From a virus, in IMG/VR virus record IMGVR_UViG_3300044807_000022, positions 1-64,000 of that record: 64,000 bases of DNA, one strand, 5' to 3'. The notes beneath the pieces are model-generated. The model did not search any database and was not told the DNA's origin. It saw only the letters and a list, made by a program, of their open reading frames with translations. Below are positions 8,634 through 18,987 of this stretch, one piece after another (the stretch's first letter is position 1; every line of letters begins with the position of its first letter). The translations under genes and the position numbers were made by a program.

Positions 8634-8818
8634 TCCGCCGCTGGTTGAACTGGAGGCTCAAGAGGACCGAGGACAAGCTGTCCGCCACGCTCGTTCTACT
8701 GGACGGCATGGAGCGGCGAGCCGATCCCCACGAATACGCACTGGCCGAGCAGGACGTGTCGCGGCTGCGGTGCCACCGCGCGCGCCTCCTCGACATGCTG
8801 GACGGGGACGACTACTAG
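8630..8818 (+). CDS. Small hypothetical protein
   Basis: GTGA and TAGTG overlaps on both sides. Confidence 0.6.
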   Translation: MIRRWLNWRLKRTEDKLSATLVLLDGMERRADPHEYALAEQDVSRLRCHRARLLDMLDGDDY

Positions 8819-9492
8819 TGGCCTCCCCGCCCGCCAACGCACCGCCGGTCCAGACGTTCGAGTTCGAGCTACCGAGCGGCGGCGTCCTCCACCTTCAGTC
8901 CATGGAGGAGGTCGATCTGATGACGACCTCCTTCCAGCAGCTTGAGAGCGAGTACGCCTTCGAGAAGCTGAACGACAAGATGCTGTTCTCGTCGCTCCTG
9001 ACGCAGCAGTTGATCGCCGTCCGGTCGCAGCAGAAGATCAGCGGCATGGTGCCCGAGTTCGACGGTGCGGGCAAGCCGCTCGGGACCTACAAGTTCGTGA
9101 AGCTCAAGCCCGCCGAGGAGCAGGGCGCGCACAAGGCCCTCATCAACGCGACCGAGCAGATACAGGCCATCGAGAAGCAGCTTGGCATCGACAAGAAGAC
9201 CCGTGACGCGGGCAACACCGAGTCGGTCCAGAGCTACCTCGTCCGAGTGAAGCGCGCGGCGCTCACCATGGGCATCCACATCAACGAGCGCGTGAAGGCG
9301 TACGAGGCGTTCTGCATGGAGCTACGGAAGCTCGTCCGGATGCTCGACAACCTCGACGCGGAAGACCGGCAGCACCACGCGATCACGAAGGACAACGTGC
9401 TCAATTTCGTGCGCAAGGAACTGGAGAAGCTGGAGCAGGTGGACAAGGACTTCGCCCAGCAGAAGGGCCACCTGTGGCGAGGGAAACTCTAA
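8818..9492 (+). CDS. Putative terminase small subunit
   Basis: Helical; IEKQLGIDKKTR pattern; upstream of TerL. Confidence 0.5.
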   Translation: MASPPANAPPVQTFEFELPSGGVLHLQSMEEVDLMTTSFQQLESEYAFEKLNDKMLFSSLLTQQLIAVRSQQKISGMVPEFDGAGKPLGTYKFVKLKPAEEQGAHKALINATEQIQAIEKQLGIDKKTRDAGNTESVQSYLVRVKRAALTMGIHINERVKAYEAFCMELRKLVRMLDNLDAEDRQHHAITKDNVLNFVRKELEKLEQVDKDFAQQKGHLWRGKL

Positions 9493-9511
9493 CGGGAATC
9501 GGAGGATCAGT

Positions 9512-9865
9512 ATGCGTGAGTACGCAACGACGGTGAGGTACGTCTGGAGCCAGGCCGACGTGGAGGGGGCGATGGTCTTCCCAGAGGTTGGCGCGCGCCA
9601 CGCGCAGTTGAAGCTGCGCGCCTACGCGCCGACGAGCGGCATGCAGCCGCGCGTGCGCTGGCTTCCGATCACCGGCCAGTGGGAGGTCGAGTTCACGGTG
9701 TGCGGCATCGACGCGCCGCCGCAGGCCATCGCCATCGAGGCCGCGAGTGCCCTGGTCCTGCGCAACGTCGCGCCGTGGGCCAAGGCCGAGAGCGTCTTCC
9801 GGATCGACACCACGACGCGCCAGGTGACGCCGCCCGGCTACGCGTCTCGGGTTCTGCTCGACTGA
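9512..9865 (+). CDS. Hypothetical protein
   Basis: GGAGG RBS. Confidence 0.65.
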   Translation: MREYATTVRYVWSQADVEGAMVFPEVGARHAQLKLRAYAPTSGMQPRVRWLPITGQWEVEFTVCGIDAPPQAIAIEAASALVLRNVAPWAKAESVFRIDTTTRQVTPPGYASRVLLD

Positions 9866-10395
9866 TGGTCCGCCTGTTCACGGACGGGTCCTCGTCGGGG
9901 GCCAAGGGGGGCGCTGGCGGTTTCGCGGCGCTCCTCATCCACGACCAGTCCGAGCGCGAGTTGATCGTGCAGGGCGGCGAGCCCGACACGACGAACCAGC
10001 GCATGGAGTTGACGGCCGTGATCGAGGGCCTGGTCCACCTGAAGCGCGCGGCCGAGGTCACGATCTACACCGACTCCGCGTACGTGATGAACTGCTTCAT
10101 CCAGGGCTGGCACCGCAAGTGGGCCAAGAACGGCTGGCTGAACAAGGACGAGGAGCCGGTCGCGAACAAGGACCTCTGGCTCGCCGCGCTCGCGGCCATC
10201 GAGCCCCACACCGTGACGTGGGTGAAGCTGAAGGGCCACGTCAAGCTGCCCTGCACGCACGACGGCTGCATGTGCTCGGGTGACGAGACACTGCACGCGC
10301 TCAACGCGCGCGCGGACCAACTCGCGGTGCAGGCAAAGCAAGCGATCAAGGACCACGGCACCGTTGCGGGTCTACTACTGGAGGAGGCGGCATGA
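9865..10395 (+). CDS. rnhA: Ribonuclease HI
   Basis: LFTDGS, TTNQRMELTAVI, YTDSAYV, W-x-x-NGW, VANKDLW, KGH, N-x-RAD-x-LA. Confidence 0.95.
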   Translation: MVRLFTDGSSSGAKGGAGGFAALLIHDQSERELIVQGGEPDTTNQRMELTAVIEGLVHLKRAAEVTIYTDSAYVMNCFIQGWHRKWAKNGWLNKDEEPVANKDLWLAALAAIEPHTVTWVKLKGHVKLPCTHDGCMCSGDETLHALNARADQLAVQAKQAIKDHGTVAGLLLEEAA

Positions 10396-10676
10396 CCGAA
10401 CTGAGCGAACTGATCCACGGCTACGGCATCTTCCTGGGGGCGTACTTCGGCATGGTCGCTGTCCTCTGCATCGTCCTGATCCTGCTGCTGCCGTGGGGGT
10501 GCGACTGCCACTGCGAGTGCGAGTGCGATGACGAGGAGGACGTGGAGCTACCACGCCCCGAGTCAGGTGGGTGGTGCGACTGCGGCGGGTTCACCGCTGA
10601 CGGTCGAGACGGCACGTACAGGTGGGGGTGGCACCGCTCGGAGTGCCCGCGCCTGAAAGAGCTTGGACCGCGCTAG
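10392..10676 (+). CDS. Small TM protein with Cys-rich cytoplasmic part
   Basis: ATGA overlap; TM followed by CDCHCECEC. Confidence 0.6.
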   Translation: MTELSELIHGYGIFLGAYFGMVAVLCIVLILLLPWGCDCHCECECDDEEDVELPRPESGGWCDCGGFTADGRDGTYRWGWHRSECPRLKELGPR

Positions 10677-12469
10677 TGGCCCTCGGTTACATCGAGGGAG
10701 CGCGGTCCCTGCCCGTCGAGTACGAGGGCATCCACTGGACCGAGGAGGACTTCACGCTGATGGCCCTCCTCGGGGACCCGATCTACGTGGCCGAACTGCT
10801 CTGGGAGGACCCCGAGAACCACGAATACGGTGGCTGCTACAAGGTCCGCGACTATCAGTACCCACTGTTCAGGGCCAACGGCTCGTACGAGATATTCGCG
10901 TGCGCGCGCTCGGTCGGCAAGACGGAGAGCATCAAGGCACGGGCGCAGTCGTTCGTCTTCAAGCGCATCGGCTCGAACCTGCTCCTGACCGCACCCGAGT
11001 TGATCCACCTGAAGCCGCTGACCGACGCCATCGAGGACAACTTCAGGGCCACCCGCCTGACCCGCGAACTACTCGACACGCGCGGCCAGAAGACCGGCTT
11101 CACGCACCGGCCGTTCGGCATCGACCTGATCGACGGGACCAAGATCGTCGGCCGCATCCCGCAAAAGCTGGGCACGGGCGTCAAGGGCCAGCACCAGCCG
11201 GACCTCATCATGGACGAGGGCCAGGACTACCCGGAGAAGGGCTACACCGAAATCGCAGAGACGGTGATGAAGGACACGGTGGACAAGGAGGGCAACCCCG
11301 ACTTCCACTACCACATCTACGGCGTGCATTCGGGCAACAAGGGCGGCGGCTTCTACAAGAACACCAGCGGCAACGCGTTCCGGGTGACGAACATCACCGC
11401 GCTCATGCGCCCCGACTGGCCCGGACCGAATGGCGAGCAGAAGAAGTTCGCGAAGGGCCAATACGGCGGCACGGGAAGTCCTGACTACCGTCGCAATATC
11501 TTGGGCGAGGCTGGGGGCGCGTCGAGTCCGTTCTTCGATCTGGCTCGGCTCATGTCCTGCGTCGATCAGGGCAAGGACGGCAACCCGGACGACTCGACGT
11601 ACAACACGCAGGAGTACCAGTTCAACGAGTATCGCGTCGAGGAGGTAGACGAGCAAGGCTTGCCGTTGACGGAGGTCTTCAGCCTGCCGAGCGGCTACAA
11701 GAACGTGTACGCGGGCATGGACGTGGGGCTCAATCAGTCCCCGACCGTCATCACGATCTGGGCGCACCAGAAGGTCGGCCGCGTCATGCGGCTGAAGCTG
11801 ATCCGACGCATCCATCTGGTCCGCTTCCGCTCGCGCCAGGTGCGCGAGGCCGTGTACGCCATCGCGTGGCACTTTGGCTCCGAGCTACGGGCGTTCGGCG
11901 TGGACCAGACGGGCCTCGGCAACGCCATCGTGCAGGAAATGGAGGACGACGACGGCGAGGGCGGCCTGATCCCACCGCCGTTCCTGACCGACGTGCTGCG
12001 CGGCTGGTTCTTCAACCAGAAGATTCCGGTGGGCGTGAGCAAGGAGTTCGTCGTCAACGACAACGGCCGCCTGAAGGACCAGTTCGGTTCATCGGTGAAG
12101 ATCGAGACCGATGTTCTGACGGGAATCACGCGCTACATCACCGAGCAGCCATTCATCGAGGCGGCCACCCGCTACCTGCGCGAGTTCGTGGACAGCGGCC
12201 TCCTCCTGCTGCCGTTCGACACCGACATAACGGACGACATGACGCGCGAGACACCGCAGCGCCTCCAGGCCATCGCTGGCATTCGCCGCAAGCCGAACGC
12301 CTACCACATCTTGGACTCCATGCGCGCCATGGCGATGAGCTTCAAGCAGGGCGACATAGACGCCGCGCTCGCCATCGACCCCGTGAAGCCGGTCATGGAC
12401 CACGCCGTGGACATGGGCGGCGACGTGATGGGCGGGCAGGAACTCGGCGGGGGTCTCGATGACTTCTAG
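10676..12469 (+). CDS. terL: Terminase large subunit
   Basis: ARSVGKT Walker A, LIMDEGQ Walker B, YAGMDVG nuclease motif, GVDQTGLG, HILDSMR. Confidence 0.92.
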   Translation: MALGYIEGARSLPVEYEGIHWTEEDFTLMALLGDPIYVAELLWEDPENHEYGGCYKVRDYQYPLFRANGSYEIFACARSVGKTESIKARAQSFVFKRIGSNLLLTAPELIHLKPLTDAIEDNFRATRLTRELLDTRGQKTGFTHRPFGIDLIDGTKIVGRIPQKLGTGVKGQHQPDLIMDEGQDYPEKGYTEIAETVMKDTVDKEGNPDFHYHIYGVHSGNKGGGFYKNTSGNAFRVTNITALMRPDWPGPNGEQKKFAKGQYGGTGSPDYRRNILGEAGGASSPFFDLARLMSCVDQGKDGNPDDSTYNTQEYQFNEYRVEEVDEQGLPLTEVFSLPSGYKNVYAGMDVGLNQSPTVITIWAHQKVGRVMRLKLIRRIHLVRFRSRQVREAVYAIAWHFGSELRAFGVDQTGLGNAIVQEMEDDDGEGGLIPPPFLTDVLRGWFFNQKIPVGVSKEFVVNDNGRLKDQFGSSVKIETDVLTGITRYITEQPFIEAATRYLREFVDSGLLLLPFDTDITDDMTRETPQRLQAIAGIRRKPNAYHILDSMRAMAMSFKQGDIDAALAIDPVKPVMDHAVDMGGDVMGGQELGGGLDDF

Positions 12470-12992
12470 CCTGCCGCACCCGAGCGAATTCGAGGTCGAG
12501 GAGCCGCCGGGAACGTCTGACGACCGTCCTAGCATCCCTGACGGGATGGACGAGGAGGAGGACACCGGAGCCGAGGAGACGCCGGGCGACGAGGCCGTCA
12601 GGGTCCTCCGCGCCTCGCACATGCTCCGCATTCCGGTCTTCAGGGTCCGCGACACCAGCCCCGCCGAGCGCACGGACGGCTACGAGGAGTACATGATGCT
12701 CGCGGCCTACACGGGTGGCGACCTGGCGCACGCGCGCCACCGCGTCCGCGTCCGCCTCGATGAGGTAGCCGACCTGTGGGACGGCATGGACGGCTGGGAG
12801 TTCTACATGAACGGCAAGCCCCGCACCGACAAGGGCGTCGAGCTTGCGAAGACTGAAGCCGAACCCGACCTGGCCGCCGAGCGCCGCCGGTTGAAGCGGC
12901 TCGAAGGGCGTCTGACCGAGGAAATGGAGCGCATGGAGCAGGAGGCCAAGTTCTGCTCGCGTGCCTACACCCTGCTATCGAGGGGGAGCTAG
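12459..12992 (+). CDS. Hypothetical protein (acidic N-terminus, coiled coil)
   Basis: Overlapping operon position. Confidence 0.7.
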   Translation: MTSSLPHPSEFEVEEPPGTSDDRPSIPDGMDEEEDTGAEETPGDEAVRVLRASHMLRIPVFRVRDTSPAERTDGYEEYMMLAAYTGGDLAHARHRVRVRLDEVADLWDGMDGWEFYMNGKPRTDKGVELAKTEAEPDLAAERRRLKRLEGRLTEEMERMEQEAKFCSRAYTLLSRGS

Positions 12993-13405
12993 TGGACTGC
13001 CCGGACACCTTCCAAGACCTGCTGGCCTTCTGGGGCCGTGAGGAGCCCGTACAGGAGGCGCGGGAGCCCGTGGACCTGGTGGACCCCGAGGACCTGGAGC
13101 CCGACGAGACGGGCTTCACGATGCCTCCCGCCAGCCATGAGGCGATCAAGCGCGCCGCCAAGCGCTGGAACGACTTCGTGGCCGTCACGAACGGTGGCGA
13201 CCAGGAGGAGGTCAGCCAGGCGGGCTACGTCTTCGCCGCTGCGCTCGGGCTCGAAGGCCCCAAGCTCGAACACGCCGTCGAGTGCCTGAAGCTCTGGACG
13301 AACAACGAGGCACCGAGCCAGGGCACGATGGGTCTGCTGTTCGGGCTCCTCATCGCGGACGAAGCGAAACTCGAATGGGAGTTAGAGGGTCCGGAAATCG
13401 GCTAG
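12992..13405 (+). CDS. Hypothetical protein
   Basis: TAGTG overlap. Confidence 0.7.
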   Translation: MDCPDTFQDLLAFWGREEPVQEAREPVDLVDPEDLEPDETGFTMPPASHEAIKRAAKRWNDFVAVTNGGDQEEVSQAGYVFAAALGLEGPKLEHAVECLKLWTNNEAPSQGTMGLLFGLLIADEAKLEWELEGPEIG

Positions 13406-13424
13406 AGCCGGTGGTGGCTCGCGC

Positions 13425-13497
13425 TAATCCTGGTGATGACGTGCCCTTAATCCGTTCCCAGCGGGCCTTAATCCGGCTCCGATTCGTAGATTACGAA
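13425..13497 (+). promoter_or_regulatory. Three TAATCC boxes plus class II promoter of the portal gene
   Basis: TAATCC at 13425, 13448, 13469; TTCGTAGATTACGAA at 13483-13497. Confidence 0.6.
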
Positions 13498-13498
13498 G

Positions 13499-15745
13499 GT
13501 GTCTGAGCTAGTAGACCATCGCGGCGATCCCATCAGTTCAGTGGGTGGGTGGCGCGGCGAGGGTCCGCCCAGGCTGGAGAACGGCGACGGCACGCTGATC
13601 GTCAACGAGACGGACCTGCCGGACGGCGCGGTCCAGCATGCGGTCGCCACCTACTTCGAGGAGTCGGCCGCGTTCAACCTCGGCGGCAACTCGAACACGT
13701 TCCAGATGTACGCGAACCAGGGCGGCTCCATGCTGGCCCGGCCCAAGTTCAGTCCCCCCTCCGACGTGTTCGGGGAAATGCGGCTGGCCCGCGACCTGGC
13801 CGAGCGCGACGACGACGTGGGCTCGACCATCGGTGCGCTGGTCGCGCTCGCGTACGGGGAGGGCTTCCAGAACACGCACCCGGACGAGGTAACCGTCGCG
13901 CTCTACGACGAGATTGCCAAGAACATGAAGCTGCCGCAGGTCCAGGCAGAGGCGTACCGGGAACTGCTCATCACCAGCCAGATCATCAGCGTGACCCTGT
14001 TCACGCGCGAGAGCTACAGCTTCATCCCGCAGGGCACCGACCGCTACCGCACCCGCACGGTCACCAGCCCGCTCCTCGGGTTCCTCCCGGCCGAGCACGT
14101 GCGCGTCGTCGGCAACGACCTGTTCGGCGGCGGCGACCTCTACTTCCTCCCGCCCGACGAGAACCTGAAGCGGTGGCTGGTCGAGCGGTTCAACCCGAGC
14201 ACCAGTGCCGGTCGGCTCGCGCAGATGCGCTCCGAGGACCCGGTGGCCTACACGCTGTTCACCGAGGAGCACAAGGTCTCCCCCGTGGACCCGGACGACA
14301 CCATCGCCGGGCTCACGCTCTACCGGCTGAACCCGCGCATGATCGAGCGGTCGTTCTTCCCCAAGGGCGCGTGGAAGTACCCCCGGCCGCTGCTCACCCG
14401 CAACTTCGCTCTCCTCGAAGCCAAGCGGCTCCTGAACATCATGGACTACTCGCTCCTCCAGGGCGGCGCGAACTACATCGTGATCGCCAAGAAGGGCTCG
14501 GACGCGCAGCCCGCGCAGCCGGGCGAGGTCGAGAACCTGCGCGACGTGGTGCGCCGCGCAGGGCGGTCCGGCGTGATGGTGGGCGACCACCGGGTCAGCA
14601 TCGACATTCTGACGCCGGAACTGAAGGAACTGATGAACCCGGACAAGCGCCGCCTGCTCGGACGCAAGCTGTCGCAGGCGATGACGCGCGTGCCCGAGCA
14701 CACCAGCGAGAACGCCGGGACCGAGGGCATGAAGTCCGAGGTAGAAATCCTGACGCGCGTCGTGGCTTCCGACCGCAAGATGGTGAGCATGCACATCGTC
14801 GCGGCGGCCTACGAGCCCACGGCGAAGCGCAACCCGAACACGTTCACGGGCGGCCCGGCGAAGCTCTGGCACCCCAAGATCGTCCTCCAGGGCACGAACT
14901 ACTTCACGGACATGATCCTGAAGCTGCTCGACCGTGGCGCGATCCCGCTGCGCTACGCCGTCGAGTTCGCGGGCTTCGACTTCGAGGCCGCCGTCGAGGA
15001 GAAGAAGCGCCAGAAGGCGCAGGGCCTCGATGAGGTCATGGCCCCCGCGCCCGGCCAGGTGCCGCACTCCTCACCGAACGTCGGCCCGCAGGACAACGGC
15101 CCCGGCCGCACGCCTGGTGGCGACGACCCGGCCAGGCCAAAGCGCAAGATCGCGCAGAACCCCGGCGAGACGATCAAGGCGATCTACGACGAGGAGGCCC
15201 GCAGGGTCACGCGCGTAGGCGAGCGCACGCTGAGCATCCTGGAGGACCACGACGATACGCGCAGCGAGGGCCGCGTGAGCGCCATCGAGCGCCGCGTGGT
15301 CGAGACGCGCCGCCCCGACCGCCAGGGTCCCGTGCGCGTCGTGCCGGTGAGCGACCTGGAGGTCTCCAGCCTCGGGGCCGTCCGTCTGGGCGACCCGGCC
15401 GACACGTCGCTGATTCTCGGCCGCCGCGACGAGGACGACGCGCTCGTCACCGTCGCGCTCAGCTTCCGTGGCCCCGGCTCCATGAACGACGCCGTGAAGG
15501 CGGCCATGGAGTGGGGCTTCGACCCGTTGACCGAGACGGCCGACGAGGAGCACGCCATGCAGCACGTCACGGTGGGCGAGCCCTCGGGCGTCGAGCCCCT
15601 GCTGGCCGTGCTCGCCTCAGCCGTCGCCTCGCAGGCCAGCGTGCAGCTTCCGCCCATCACGATCCACGTCCCAGGCCAGCGCGCTCAGCGCGTGCTGTAC
15701 GACGACGACGGCCGCGTGAAGGGCACCGAGCCGGTGGAGGACTAG
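13499..15745 (+). CDS. Portal protein with C-terminal extension
   Basis: Size and position after TerL; helical core; Pro/Gly linker then extra domain. Confidence 0.8.
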   Translation: MSELVDHRGDPISSVGGWRGEGPPRLENGDGTLIVNETDLPDGAVQHAVATYFEESAAFNLGGNSNTFQMYANQGGSMLARPKFSPPSDVFGEMRLARDLAERDDDVGSTIGALVALAYGEGFQNTHPDEVTVALYDEIAKNMKLPQVQAEAYRELLITSQIISVTLFTRESYSFIPQGTDRYRTRTVTSPLLGFLPAEHVRVVGNDLFGGGDLYFLPPDENLKRWLVERFNPSTSAGRLAQMRSEDPVAYTLFTEEHKVSPVDPDDTIAGLTLYRLNPRMIERSFFPKGAWKYPRPLLTRNFALLEAKRLLNIMDYSLLQGGANYIVIAKKGSDAQPAQPGEVENLRDVVRRAGRSGVMVGDHRVSIDILTPELKELMNPDKRRLLGRKLSQAMTRVPEHTSENAGTEGMKSEVEILTRVVASDRKMVSMHIVAAAYEPTAKRNPNTFTGGPAKLWHPKIVLQGTNYFTDMILKLLDRGAIPLRYAVEFAGFDFEAAVEEKKRQKAQGLDEVMAPAPGQVPHSSPNVGPQDNGPGRTPGGDDPARPKRKIAQNPGETIKAIYDEEARRVTRVGERTLSILEDHDDTRSEGRVSAIERRVVETRRPDRQGPVRVVPVSDLEVSSLGAVRLGDPADTSLILGRRDEDDALVTVALSFRGPGSMNDAVKAAMEWGFDPLTETADEEHAMQHVTVGEPSGVEPLLAVLASAVASQASVQLPPITIHVPGQRAQRVLYDDDGRVKGTEPVED

Positions 15746-15748
15746 CCC

Positions 15749-16108
15749 GTGGTCACCCCGGACGGACTCGAATGGCTCTGGAGCGGCCTGACGACGCGGC
15801 TGGCGACGGCGACGATCCGCGTGAGCGACGGCGACCAGGTGGCCGAGGCCGCGCTGTCCCGCTCGCCCGAGTACGTCGGCGTCCTCACCGGCCAGCCCGT
15901 GGAGCCCGAGGCCCCCGAGGAAACCGTGACGCTCGTCAGGATTTCGCTGACGGCCGTGTTCGGCCCCAACGAGGCGAACTTCGAGTGGAAGCAGCGCGAA
16001 ATCGTCGTTGACGGGAAGGTGATCGACCTGACCGAGGAGGACCTGGGCCGGAAGGCGCAGGGCACGGCCTCCACGCTGGAGACGCACTTCGACGCCGTGG
16101 TGGGCTAA
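15749..16108 (+). CDS. Virion structural protein (FxxxEANFEW motif)
   Basis: Motif resembles fibre/collar-associated phage proteins. Confidence 0.55.
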   Translation: MVTPDGLEWLWSGLTTRLATATIRVSDGDQVAEAALSRSPEYVGVLTGQPVEPEAPEETVTLVRISLTAVFGPNEANFEWKQREIVVDGKVIDLTEEDLGRKAQGTASTLETHFDAVVG

Positions 16109-16111
16109 GCC

Positions 16112-16483
16112 ATGGCGACCGCAGTCTCCATCGACTCCGTGACGACGGAGGACGCAGCGCCGACCACGGCACCGCACAGGATCAGCAGCGTCACCGGCAA
16201 GAAGACGGTCACGTTCAAGTTCACGCCGACTACGACCGACGCGAGCAACATCAGGGCGTGGCTCGTCCGGTTCGGCGGGGCCAGTCGGACCACCGGCACG
16301 CGGCTCGCGGGGCTCGGCATGGTGTGCGGTCTCTGGCGCTGCGGCCTGGACCGGCCACTCTCCATCGCCTCGGGCTTCCAGGTCACCGTCGATGAGGACT
16401 ACCCCGAGCTTCCGAGTTCCGCTGACGGCACCTACGCGGTGAACGTCTACGCGATCAGCGACACGCAGGGCTGGAACCCCTAG
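16112..16483 (+). CDS. Ig-like virion protein
   Basis: Beta-rich; shares motifs with 18988..19665. Confidence 0.55.
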   Translation: MATAVSIDSVTTEDAAPTTAPHRISSVTGKKTVTFKFTPTTTDASNIRAWLVRFGGASRTTGTRLAGLGMVCGLWRCGLDRPLSIASGFQVTVDEDYPELPSSADGTYAVNVYAISDTQGWNP

Positions 16484-18954
16484 TGGACTACACCAAGACG
16501 ACGTGGGTGGACGACGACGGCTCGGGCACGACCGGCACGGTTGGCACGGCCGCGCGCCTGAACAACATCGAGGACGGGATCGCGGACGCCATCGCGCACA
16601 ACCGGATCGGGACCTTCGCCGGGATGCCCGCTGCGGCGGCGGGCAACAAGAACTGGCTCTACATCGTCACGGACTCGGACGACAAGGCGGGCCTCTACCT
16701 CTCAAGCGGCGCGTCCTGGACCAAGATGCAGGTCGGGTCCCTGCCGCTCACGGGCACCCTGTTCGGCACGACGGCCCCCGGCTCGCTGTACGGCCGGTCC
16801 GACAGCGGCGCGCTCATCTTCAACTACAACTACAACACTGACCGCCTCTCGGATACGAGCAAGCCGGGGTGGCTCGTCAAGGGCACGTACAGCGGCGGTG
16901 ACACGCTCACCGTCGCACGGGCGGCGGCCACCGCCGGGTCGCCCACGTGGACCTCCGTATTCACGATTGACTCGACGGGTCAGATCACGGCCGTTGGCAG
17001 CAACCACAAGTTCGGTACGGGCGCACTGGTCCGCTCGACCCTCGTGGACGGTTGCACGGTGCGCTCGAACTACGACCCCGCGACAGACCGGCTGCTCGAC
17101 ACGTCCAAGGCCATGTGGGTCATTTCCGTGGGCGACGGCACCGACCGCTTTGTGGTGTACCGGGCCGCACCCACGGCGGGCTCACCTTCGCTGGCTACCG
17201 TTGGCACCTTCGACTCGTCTGCCCTGTTGACCGGCGCTGGCAACGTCAGGTTCGGCACGGGCGGCACGCTCAGGTCGGCTACGGCGGACAACGCTGCGCT
17301 CCACTCGAACTACAACCCGACGACCGACCGCCTGATCGACACGTCGAAGACCGCATGGCAGGCCGTCGCGGGTGCGGCTGGCGACGTGTTCTCGGTCTAC
17401 CGTGCCCCCGCCACGGCTGGTTCACCCGCGTTTGTCCTCATGTTTCAGGTGGCCTCCGATGGCGTTATGTCGCAGCACAACATTCGCAGCGGCCTCCTCT
17501 CTGCCCGTTCCGCCGCTGGGGCCAGCAACAAGGGCCTCTACGCGGCGACCGACGACGCGCTGTGGGCGAACCTCGACGGCTCGAAGTACACGCGCATCGC
17601 GGCGACTGGCGCAGGGTTCTTCGGGGACGGTTCAGACGGTGCGTGGACCGCGCAGGTCACGCCGACGAACGTGCTGGCGAACCCGGACGCCGAGTCGAAC
17701 ACCACGGGCTGGGCCGGGTTCTTCACCGGGGGCGGTGCCGGGTCAGGTCCGACGAGAGTTTCCGACGCGGGCGCGGGTAGTGGCTCCTTCGCCTTCGAGC
17801 TATCGAACGCGACCGCATCCGGCGCGGGCATCCTGCTCATGTACCCCGGTGGCCTATCGAGCTTCATCGGCGGTCAGAACGTCGTGCCTGGGCAGGTGGT
17901 GGACTTCAGCGGTCAGATGAAGGCCCAGGCTGGGACCTTCACTTCGCTCAAGCTCGTGGCCCGGTGGCTCAAGGCAGACGGCACGCTCATCAGCGAGGTT
18001 GACGTGACCGGCGCGGTGCAGAACTCGCCGGTCGTCGGGACCTGGTACTCGCTCAGCGGCTCGCTCACCGCACCCCCCCTCGCCGCGTACGCGGGCCTGG
18101 AAGCGATGGCCTCGTTCGGCGGTGCCGGGAGCTACACGATGCGCGCCGACAACCTCGCCTCCCGGCCGATCATGCCCGGCGCGACCCGCTCGGGCAGCGT
18201 CTACACCCTCACGCGCGACGTGTACTTCACGGACCTGACCGTGAACACGGGCGTCAGCATCGTGAGCGCGGGCTACAAGGTCTTCGTCAAGAACACGCTC
18301 AGCGGCGCGGGCACCATCAGCGCGAACGGCGGCAACGGTGGCACACCCTCTACGCAGTCTGGGGGCACGGGAGCCGCGCCCGGTTCGGTCCACGGTGGCT
18401 ACCCCGGTGGCGCTGGCGGCGCGATCAACGGCAACGGCAACCCGGTCGGCACGCAGGGATGGTCAACCGGACACGGTGGCACCGGGGGCACCGGAGGCGC
18501 GTCGGGCGTGCGCACGGGCGGCAACCCCTCCGCGACAACCCCGCCGAGCGGCGGAATCCGACGCTCGCTGCCCGAACTGGTCTCGGGGGTCGTTCACGAC
18601 CTGTTCTCGGGCATCGAACTACTCGGCGGTGGCGGCGGCTCGGGCGGTGGCGCGGGCAGCACCACGGCAGTCGGCGGCGGCGGCGGCGGCGCTGGCGGGC
18701 TCTTGATCGTCGTCGCCCGCACCCTCGCTGGCACCCTCGCCTTCGAGGCCAAGGGTGGCAACGGCGCACAGGGCGGCGCGAACGCTGGCGGCGGCGGCGC
18801 TGGCGGTGGTGGCGCGATCCACCTGTTGTACGGCGACAACAGCGGATGGACCGGCACGACGAGCGTCGTCGCCGGGGCGGTTGGCGCGGCGAACGGCACT
18901 GGAGCCGCGGGAGTAGCAGGCACAGCGGGCGTAGCCATCGCACTCGCGATCTAG
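16483..18954 (+). CDS. Fibre protein: three internal repeats, carbohydrate-binding-like domain, Gly-rich C-terminus
   Basis: YTKTTWVD...RLNNIEDGI anchor; NVLANPDAE CBM-like start; FFGDGSDG and Gly-rich tail. Confidence 0.8.
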   Translation: MDYTKTTWVDDDGSGTTGTVGTAARLNNIEDGIADAIAHNRIGTFAGMPAAAAGNKNWLYIVTDSDDKAGLYLSSGASWTKMQVGSLPLTGTLFGTTAPGSLYGRSDSGALIFNYNYNTDRLSDTSKPGWLVKGTYSGGDTLTVARAAATAGSPTWTSVFTIDSTGQITAVGSNHKFGTGALVRSTLVDGCTVRSNYDPATDRLLDTSKAMWVISVGDGTDRFVVYRAAPTAGSPSLATVGTFDSSALLTGAGNVRFGTGGTLRSATADNAALHSNYNPTTDRLIDTSKTAWQAVAGAAGDVFSVYRAPATAGSPAFVLMFQVASDGVMSQHNIRSGLLSARSAAGASNKGLYAATDDALWANLDGSKYTRIAATGAGFFGDGSDGAWTAQVTPTNVLANPDAESNTTGWAGFFTGGGAGSGPTRVSDAGAGSGSFAFELSNATASGAGILLMYPGGLSSFIGGQNVVPGQVVDFSGQMKAQAGTFTSLKLVARWLKADGTLISEVDVTGAVQNSPVVGTWYSLSGSLTAPPLAAYAGLEAMASFGGAGSYTMRADNLASRPIMPGATRSGSVYTLTRDVYFTDLTVNTGVSIVSAGYKVFVKNTLSGAGTISANGGNGGTPSTQSGGTGAAPGSVHGGYPGGAGGAINGNGNPVGTQGWSTGHGGTGGTGGASGVRTGGNPSATTPPSGGIRRSLPELVSGVVHDLFSGIELLGGGGGSGGGAGSTTAVGGGGGGAGGLLIVVARTLAGTLAFEAKGGNGAQGGANAGGGGAGGGGAIHLLYGDNSGWTGTTSVVAGAVGAANGTGAAGVAGTAGVAIALAI

Positions 18955-18987
18955 CCGTCCGAACCTCCAACTACAGATAGAGCTTCC

